Assembly: GCF_000981445.1 (NCBI RefSeq)
Contig: NC_027217.1
Location: forward strand, 2,728,001-2,792,000
Length of the DNA: 64,000 bases
Direction: 5' to 3'
Origin: Babesia bigemina
Taxonomy: Eukaryota
Part shown: positions 57,211 through 64,000 of the stretch, in pieces
How the letters are laid out: each line of letters opens with the position of its first letter
Numbering within the stretch: the first letter of the stretch is position 1
The notes under the pieces: generated by a model
Told to the model about the DNA's origin: nothing
Seen by the model: only the letters and a program-made list of their open reading frames with translations
Databases searched by the model: none
Program-made: the position numbers and the translations under genes

Positions 57211-60200
57211 ATGGCGGCTAAGAGTAGCGTTCCTACTTTCAACACTCTTAAGGAGTGTTTGGAGTTCTTGCAATGGTTGAGAGATCGCAAAGGTGTGCAA
57301 GGTCAGCTGGGAAGTCGACTGAGGAGACTTCTTGAGAAAATGTATATCAGTGTCAATCCAGTCCAAATAGAGGCTGCACTCTCCATATTCTTAAATAACG
57401 CAACTGCGTTTCATGCAAAATTATGCCAATCTCCCAAGGGGTGGTACACGGGTGAAAAAACCGCTAAAAATGCCCTCAATGCCCTCTTCCAGTGTATACC
57501 GAAATTTCTAGCTGCGATATACTTCTTGCGGTATCAAGTAGACCCGAACTTTTCCGCTATTGGTGGAGGGAGCTGGAGGGATGAATCGGTTGGGATGATT
57601 GAACTGTACGCTAGAATGCGCCTGCCGTTGGATACAATTATCAAACGAGCCAATAATTTTGAGAAGTATCTCATTGCGCGAGAAGGATATGATTACGGTG
57701 TAATACCTGGTGGATTTGGGGCTGGGGAGTTGAAACCTGGTTACAAGAATGGCTATTCCCCGGCTAGTCAGATGGCAGGTGACCTTGGAAATCTGCTGGA
57801 CAAGAATCGTCATGAAAACAATATGTTCCTCGATGTTTATTCCACTACAGTATTGCCAAACTCCGGATACGATACTGCGAATATTGCCAACGCCCTTCGT
57901 TTGGTACAAGATTTTTGTAGAATATTTGCAGAGGTGAGAGATGAGCAAGATTTTAAAAGCCATCTATACTCGAAGGATAGATGCATGAATATGAGGGAAT
58001 TAAAAGACCATTGCGCCGAGCTTAAAAGGCCTCTTGAAAAAATTTTCACTGGTGGACGGTTTTCCTTCACCGGCTACGGGCGGCAATATGATAAGTTAAA
58101 AAAACATAATATTGCAAAGAAAATGGCAAGCTGGTTTAAAAAAAATTTGAAGGAGGTGAAACAGAAGTTGCAAGTAGTTCAACCTATTAGCAACATAAAA
58201 AAATTAAATAGACGATCATTACGGAAAGGTGCCCCCCTTCCTTCAGATGTTAGAGCAGAACTTGAAAAATATTTTACCAACAACTTTTTTAGTTACGGAT
58301 TCACGTTCTATGGCTACGACTTTAGAAACTGGAGCAATATGTATGACGTTTTAAAAACGGATTGGTTTGATGTAATCGATGAACTTAAAATAAAAAGTGG
58401 AGGCCTGGATAAGCTTGTGGACATTTTGAATGGCAAAGAGTGTAAGTTAAAGGAAGATAAAGATAGAGAAAAAAAAGATGGAGAGACAGGAAAGAAGGAT
58501 AGAGATAAAGAACACATAGATAGAGATGAAAAACCTGATGCTTCGGACGGAGATTCTGAGGATGAAGATGAAGCGTCCGAGGATGAAGATGATGAAGAGT
58601 CCGAGGATGAAGAAGATGAACCGTTGCAGGATTCAGATGATCCGTCTACCGTTAAAACCGAAGCAACTAAAACCGAGGCCGCAAAGCCTGTGGTCACCAA
58701 AGCCGAGGCAACTAAAACTGATAATGCGGAGCCTACTGCACACCAGGTTGCGAAATCCGATGGATCTTCAAACCAGGGCAAGAAAGCGGAGGGAGCACAG
58801 AACCAGGGCAAGAAAGCGGAGGGAGCACAGAACCAGGGCAAGAAAGCGGAGGGAGCACAGAACCAGGGTAAGAAGGATAAGAGAGGACCAGATGATGGTC
58901 AAAGTGATACAACCGTTTCTAGTTCACCAGTTGCACAGCCCGTACAAACTCAGGATTCAAGTGTTCAAAGTCCGGGCCCTGCACCATCTGGTGCCCATGA
59001 TCCCAGTAGTGGGCAGGAACCAGGCGGCCAGGGGTCCACTTCTGATGCTGTTCAGCAGAGTAGTCAGGAGGTTCAGACCGGTGCACGTAACAGTGCTCCA
59101 TCCAGACCCCAGCAATCTGTTACAAGCAGCGGTGGAGCTGGAGTGGGTGGGGGGTCAGGAGATCCTAGGAGTTCTGGGAAGTCTAACACGTGTTCGGGTA
59201 ATATGATATCATCTTCCTACCTTGGAGATGGTAAAATATGTTTTTCTAAGTCCAATGATGACGAGGACATAATCTGGAATGCCCAAAGGCAAAGTATGCT
59301 GGAAGATCATTATAAAAATGAAGCTAAAACCCTTGTACGGATGCAGACTCGGCAACAACGCAACCATCCACCAACGCAGTCCAGGTATACTTCAATTCTT
59401 CCAAATAAGCCTAGCCTTCACGCCTCCAGACCGCCTCAGCAAATCGTTGGCCGTCCTCGGAATGAAAACCCGTACAATGCTCCACAGGAGAGGGATGCCG
59501 ATCACTGGGATGGAAGTGCCATATTTCTCGATGGTAGATCGTTTACGAACCCAGTAACAAGCCAGATCGCAATGGAAAAGGCATACGAAGCAGAACAAAA
59601 AAAATACGCTCACGAATGGCGAGCCAATAGGAATAAGTTTCTAGATAATATGCAGAAACGGATGATGATAGAGGCTGAAGATGAAAAACAGCGGCAAATT
59701 AAGCAGATGGGAGATTATCTAAGACATGTTAACGAGCATGATAATGCTTCTTCGGGACCTTTCGCCGGTTATCCAGTTAAGCATCGGCCGAGTGCACTAC
59801 CTATTCCCTCTGCCCGACATAAATTACCTTCTATTATCGGCAGCGCAGTCGCCGATACTACACAACATGTGGATGACCGTAAGACGGAAAATAACTTCCA
59901 AAACGCAATGCAACAAATTATTACAAAAAAAAGGTCCGACGATCGGAAGATAAGTGAAGCGATACATGGTGCACGTGATCGTATTGAAAAATACGAAAGA
60001 GAAGCAGAGAATAGATTCAAGTCGGAGTTAAGAACAAAGGAAATCATTGAACGTATCCGAAAAAGGAATGAAAAGCAAATGCAGGCCGCCAATGAGCTTG
60101 ACAAAAATTTTGAGAAAACTACAGAAGATATATGGAAAACTCAACTGCAGCAAAACGTGGAACATATAGAAAACGATGTAAAAAATGAAGATGCCAAAAA

Positions 60201-63200
60201 AAGATTACAGCAAAAACGTTCGGAGCAAAAAAAGAAATTAGAGCAGCAAAACATTAGTGTAGATCCCCCAACATCTACTCCCTCCACCCTTCCAAGTCAA
60301 CCCAGCCGTCCCGCTCCCGCACCTTCCGGTCAGAATACCGTTGGCCCTGCTGGTCATAGGCGTGATTACTATGACCCAAAATATATCACTCGGCGTACTA
60401 AAGACGTTCCTCCTTTACAGGCTCCCGTTCTAGAGGGTATGGAAATAACCAATAAATTGAGTGACCCAGCGCAGGAATGGGAACGTAAGCATTGGGACCA
60501 ATGGAAATTGGCTGAAGACTTCCGAAAGGCGAAAGAGAAACAAGAGGAGGAACAATTTAAGAAAAGCCTAAAAGATGCCCAGCAAAAGGCAGTTAATGAT
60601 CTTAACAACAGCTGGCCACGCCAGGAGTTACAGGGAAGTGGCCTTAGTAAGGACGCTTGGTTTAGTACTCCTCTAGATGGTCAGAGCATTGCACACCTCA
60701 GTAAACCAAATATGACACTAGATTTAGTCGAGAACACTGGCATTGAAGGACAGATACTCGTCCCTCATCAGCCCACGCGGTTACCTAGTCTACCGTTTCC
60801 ACAGCAACTTTTTCCTTCCCCTCCTCAACCCAGACCATTACAACCTCGACATTCCAATCATGCACCGAATATGAACGCGTACGCTAGTGATATTACGACT
60901 TCATTTGAAATACAAAACAGAAATTTCACGAGGCTTCCCGACCTAGTCACCATTGACGACCCGAACATGGCAAATATGACAGACGTAACCGGTCAACCGG
61001 TTGTCGGTGTCAACGGAAAAGTGGACATATCACACATTCCGAGTGACAGTCGGCTGAATGACGGAGACTCATACCATCTGGTAGGACAAGAAGTACAGGA
61101 TGATTCTACAATAAAGCGGCGACAGCAGGATCTCCTAAATCTACAAAATGAGCAGCTGGAAATAGATTTTCAAAATGAACAACGTGAACGTGAACTGCTA
61201 ACGCTTAAACAAGAATCAGAACACATAAACGACAAACAAAAAGAATTAATGCAAGCTGCACAAGTAGACGCTGATCGCATACGTGCGTTCAATGATTCAC
61301 AGTTTGACATCTCTAGTGCCCCTGCACCCCATGTAGAGGACCCTAAAATCGATTTTTCCATCCAAACATTTCATTACGAAGATCGCCCTTTTAACGACGT
61401 GGACCTAGATGACCCTTATGCCAACACGGCGGATATCCTTAAAGACGAGTTAAGACCTGCAGAGGATAAAGGCTTCTCAGGCATTCCCCAGACTAATTTC
61501 GATCTGAACTTTGCGCCGGAACGTATCGGACTTGAGGGGTACGATGATCCCGGGATGCCACGTGACTCTCCAAGGAAGGCAGATGAACGTGTTATTACTC
61601 CATTCGGCAAAGATGAATGTCTCAACCCTTGGTCCATTGACACTTCATCCACTGATACAACCTCTCCACCTGCCTCCGCTCTCCCACCCACCGACCATCT
61701 GCCCACGCCCAAAACAGTGCGAGAAATGCTCTACTGGTTTGTGGGATTGAATACATATGGTCTTATTGGGACTATTCAGAAGTATGTTGAAGGCATTTTT
61801 AAGGATTTTAAAGGTGATGCCATCGAGGTCACCGGGGATCCCGACCAGCTGACCACTTCCTGTGTCACCGCCAAACTGACCGAGGCGTGCCTCTACTCGG
61901 CCACCGTTATCTACAGGGTTAGGCATAACAATGACTTCAAAGCCTTTGCTACCTTCGACTTTGAATCAGTTTACAGTCAATTTCGTTATTCCCCCGACCC
62001 CGCCGGTCTCCTCTGCCAGCTGCGTGACTACGTGTACGCCTGCCACCACCAGTTGCAGTTCCTGAAGTCGCAGTGTAATCGGGACAAATCCCTTGGTGGT
62101 TGGCAGAATTGTAACTACGGCAGTGACATCACTGCTTCTAACTCCCCCCTCCAGGCGTTCCTGACCGACGGCTGGGACTCCACCTTCGAGACGCACCTCT
62201 TCGACCCGTGCAACCTGTGCCTCAAGAGCCGCGTCAGGATGGGATTTAGGGATGAAGACTTACCGAGTAGTCAACAAACAGGCAACACCCTTTCCACTAT
62301 CCTCACTCCCAGCTGCGGCGGTGAGGACCCCTTGCTGACACTGTGCTCCTACCTCAACTGCCTCACCAGGCGGACGCCGCGCACCACCGGGGAGCTTGTG
62401 TCGTTCTTCCACAATTTCGGGAATGAGATGCACGGGTATGCTTCAAAGTCATTGTCTCCACTAGGAAACTCACTCCGCACTCCGCATCTCGACTGCCCTG
62501 ACTGGGACCATCTTGGTCGCCACGACCTCCAAGCTGTCAGTGGCGTCCGAGGTACAGAGTCTCTCAACTCCGTCTCCAATCACAACCACGACAATGCACA
62601 TCCCCGTACCCTGTCCACACTGGTTGGCTGCGGTAGTGACCCTGACAGCTGCCATCCACGTATGTCTCCCATCACCTACCGGGCCTACGCCCTGTACTCC
62701 CAGAGCTTCGCCCACACCTACCTCAGCTGGACGGTGTACCTGCCGGACAGACTGTGGGAGTCACTTGAAAAAATGTACTATGATCTAAAGAAGCATAATT
62801 GCTTCGATGGCAAATCCCTCCACTCATGTCCCGTTGCGCTGCCCCTCCTCTACACTCACGGGTTCACGCCGCCGGAGGTGGGATCGCAGTTGCCACTCAC
62901 ATGTCAACAGATTATCGCAAAGCTGAAGGAAATTGTCAACGGCAAGCCTATCGCATCACTCATGACTGCCATGGACAATTTCCTCTACAACATCCGAGAG
63001 CCATTCATCTTCACGCTCGTCGCACTGTGGTCCACAGCATTACTCATCTTCGCCAACACGATGCTGTACCGCATCGACATACTCCACATCCGATCACACC
63101 TTATCCGCACCAAGGCCTCCCATCTCATCGACGTCAAGGCGCTGCTCTCCGACAATAAGAAGATGATGTCCCTGTACGACGCCAATTACTTCGACGACGA

Positions 63201-63228
63201 CCCCAACGAGCTACTCAACTTAAAGTAG
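57211..63228 (+). CDS. Giant ves-like (ves2-like) protein, about 2005 aa, containing RRBP1-type NQGKKAEGAQ repeats
   Basis: Single ORF paralogous to 41496-50732 at both ends (FNTLKECLEFL...YGVIPGGF; PKTVREML...RTPRTTGELVSFF...REPFIFTLVALWS...YRIDILHIRSHL). Confidence 0.82.
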   Translation: MAAKSSVPTFNTLKECLEFLQWLRDRKGVQGQLGSRLRRLLEKMYISVNPVQIEAALSIFLNNATAFHAKLCQSPKGWYTGEKTAKNALNALFQCIPKFLAAIYFLRYQVDPNFSAIGGGSWRDESVGMIELYARMRLPLDTIIKRANNFEKYLIAREGYDYGVIPGGFGAGELKPGYKNGYSPASQMAGDLGNLLDKNRHENNMFLDVYSTTVLPNSGYDTANIANALRLVQDFCRIFAEVRDEQDFKSHLYSKDRCMNMRELKDHCAELKRPLEKIFTGGRFSFTGYGRQYDKLKKHNIAKKMASWFKKNLKEVKQKLQVVQPISNIKKLNRRSLRKGAPLPSDVRAELEKYFTNNFFSYGFTFYGYDFRNWSNMYDVLKTDWFDVIDELKIKSGGLDKLVDILNGKECKLKEDKDREKKDGETGKKDRDKEHIDRDEKPDASDGDSEDEDEASEDEDDEESEDEEDEPLQDSDDPSTVKTEATKTEAAKPVVTKAEATKTDNAEPTAHQVAKSDGSSNQGKKAEGAQNQGKKAEGAQNQGKKAEGAQNQGKKDKRGPDDGQSDTTVSSSPVAQPVQTQDSSVQSPGPAPSGAHDPSSGQEPGGQGSTSDAVQQSSQEVQTGARNSAPSRPQQSVTSSGGAGVGGGSGDPRSSGKSNTCSGNMISSSYLGDGKICFSKSNDDEDIIWNAQRQSMLEDHYKNEAKTLVRMQTRQQRNHPPTQSRYTSILPNKPSLHASRPPQQIVGRPRNENPYNAPQERDADHWDGSAIFLDGRSFTNPVTSQIAMEKAYEAEQKKYAHEWRANRNKFLDNMQKRMMIEAEDEKQRQIKQMGDYLRHVNEHDNASSGPFAGYPVKHRPSALPIPSARHKLPSIIGSAVADTTQHVDDRKTENNFQNAMQQIITKKRSDDRKISEAIHGARDRIEKYEREAENRFKSELRTKEIIERIRKRNEKQMQAANELDKNFEKTTEDIWKTQLQQNVEHIENDVKNEDAKKRLQQKRSEQKKKLEQQNISVDPPTSTPSTLPSQPSRPAPAPSGQNTVGPAGHRRDYYDPKYITRRTKDVPPLQAPVLEGMEITNKLSDPAQEWERKHWDQWKLAEDFRKAKEKQEEEQFKKSLKDAQQKAVNDLNNSWPRQELQGSGLSKDAWFSTPLDGQSIAHLSKPNMTLDLVENTGIEGQILVPHQPTRLPSLPFPQQLFPSPPQPRPLQPRHSNHAPNMNAYASDITTSFEIQNRNFTRLPDLVTIDDPNMANMTDVTGQPVVGVNGKVDISHIPSDSRLNDGDSYHLVGQEVQDDSTIKRRQQDLLNLQNEQLEIDFQNEQRERELLTLKQESEHINDKQKELMQAAQVDADRIRAFNDSQFDISSAPAPHVEDPKIDFSIQTFHYEDRPFNDVDLDDPYANTADILKDELRPAEDKGFSGIPQTNFDLNFAPERIGLEGYDDPGMPRDSPRKADERVITPFGKDECLNPWSIDTSSTDTTSPPASALPPTDHLPTPKTVREMLYWFVGLNTYGLIGTIQKYVEGIFKDFKGDAIEVTGDPDQLTTSCVTAKLTEACLYSATVIYRVRHNNDFKAFATFDFESVYSQFRYSPDPAGLLCQLRDYVYACHHQLQFLKSQCNRDKSLGGWQNCNYGSDITASNSPLQAFLTDGWDSTFETHLFDPCNLCLKSRVRMGFRDEDLPSSQQTGNTLSTILTPSCGGEDPLLTLCSYLNCLTRRTPRTTGELVSFFHNFGNEMHGYASKSLSPLGNSLRTPHLDCPDWDHLGRHDLQAVSGVRGTESLNSVSNHNHDNAHPRTLSTLVGCGSDPDSCHPRMSPITYRAYALYSQSFAHTYLSWTVYLPDRLWESLEKMYYDLKKHNCFDGKSLHSCPVALPLLYTHGFTPPEVGSQLPLTCQQIIAKLKEIVNGKPIASLMTAMDNFLYNIREPFIFTLVALWSTALLIFANTMLYRIDILHIRSHLIRTKASHLIDVKALLSDNKKMMSLYDANYFDDDPNELLNLK
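58771..58875 (+). repeat. 30-bp coding repeat, 3.5 copies, encoding NQGKKAEGAQ
   Basis: AACCAGGGCAAGAAAGCGGAGGGAGCACAG occurs three times identically, then AACCAGGGTAAGAAG. Confidence 0.97.
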
Positions 63229-63385
63229 TAATTATCGCAGTTACGTAGTACATTGTACGTTCTGTGATTTGAAGTGTTTTACTGTTATTCGTATTGTGTT
63301 GTCGACTAGTTGTTAATGGTGGTTTCAGTGTCACTGCCACTGTGCTCTCATGTATACCCATGGCACTTACGAACAATCTGTTCAA

Positions 63386-64000
63386 GTGAGTGACCTAGCC
63401 GCTGACCTAGTGAGTGACCTAGCCGCTGACCTAGTGAGTGACCTACGCGCTGACCTAGTGCGTGACCTAGTGAGTGACCTAGCCGCTGACCTAGTGAGTG
63501 ACCTAGGCCCTGACCTAGTGAGTGACCTAACGATGACCTAGTGAGTGACCTAGCCGCTGACCTAGTGAGTGACCTAGGCCCTGACCTAGTGAGTGACCTA
63601 CGCGCTGACCTAGTGAGTGACCTAGGCCCTGACCTAGTGAGTGACCTAGGCCCTGACCTAGTGAGTGACCTAGGCCATAACCTAGTGAGTGACCTAGGCC
63701 CTGACCTAGTGAGTGACGTAGTGAGTGACCTAGCCGCTGACCTAGTGAGTGACCTAACGATGACCTAGTGAGTGACCTAACGATGACCTAGTGAGTGACC
63801 TAGCCGCTGACCTAGTGAGTGACCTAGCCGCTGACCTAGTGAGTGACCTAGGCCCTGACCTAGTGAGTGACCTACGCGCTGACCTAGTGAGTGACCTAGG
63901 CCCTGACCTAGTGAGTGACCTACGCGCTGACCTAGTGAGTGACCTACGCGCTGACCTAGTGAGTGACCTAACGATGACCTAGTGAGTGACCTAGGCCCTG
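63386..64000. repeat. Minisatellite of about 12-bp monomers ending in TGACCTA, arranged as about 24-bp dimers; continues beyond the window
   Basis: Constant GTGAGTGACCTA alternates with GCCGC-, GGCCC-, CGCGC- or ACGA-TGACCTA. Confidence 0.97.

Noticed and set aside
63386..64000. Terminal repeat as a CRISPR array, a telomere, or coding ORFs (VSDLAADL...)
   Set aside because: The variable units are only 11-12 bp, recur, and share the TGACCTA core; the context is eukaryotic with no cas genes. It is not the GGGTT(T/C)A telomere repeat. The ORFs are artefacts of 12-bp periodicity broken by 11-bp units.
63386..64000. TAGGTCA/AGGTCA nuclear-receptor half-sites on the minus strand
   Set aside because: Apicomplexans are not known to have nuclear receptors; treated as coincidence.

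Overview
Eukaryotic, gene-dense apicomplexan DNA with very short (mostly 27-45 nt) GT-AG introns. It is most consistent with a Babesia species (B. bigemina/B. ovata-like); this is inferred from gene content and ves-like genes, not from a search. Positions 1-39,000 are a housekeeping block: PPIL3 cyclophilin, SEC12, STT3, a DUF676 hydrolase, GPI, CEBPZ/Mak21, a leader-bearing NOG1-like GTPase, COG4, an apicoplast-type IF-1, an ISP-like PH-fold protein, a TBC RabGAP, a CBM20-TPS/TPP, a hypothetical protein, tRNA-Leu(CAA), eIF2B-gamma, a U2AF65-like factor, TOP3B and a 4-exon RPA3 that the ORF track misses. From about 39,200 the window becomes an accessory variant-antigen locus: a Cys-rich membrane protein, two giant divergently oriented intronless ves-like genes, a 76-bp triple repeat and a 12/24-bp satellite running off the right end. 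Most notable observations: (1) an H/ACA guide RNA inside a long GPI intron whose 5' pocket matches the U6 snRNA Psi31 site; (2) exact copies of the mammalian RRBP1/p180 decapeptide NQGKKAEGAQ in a parasite ves-like protein; (3) a tRNA nested antisense in an intron; (4) a catalytically degenerate TPS/TPP whose stop codon abuts its convergent neighbour with no gap. Exon structures were read by hand, and all family calls come from motif recognition without database searches.
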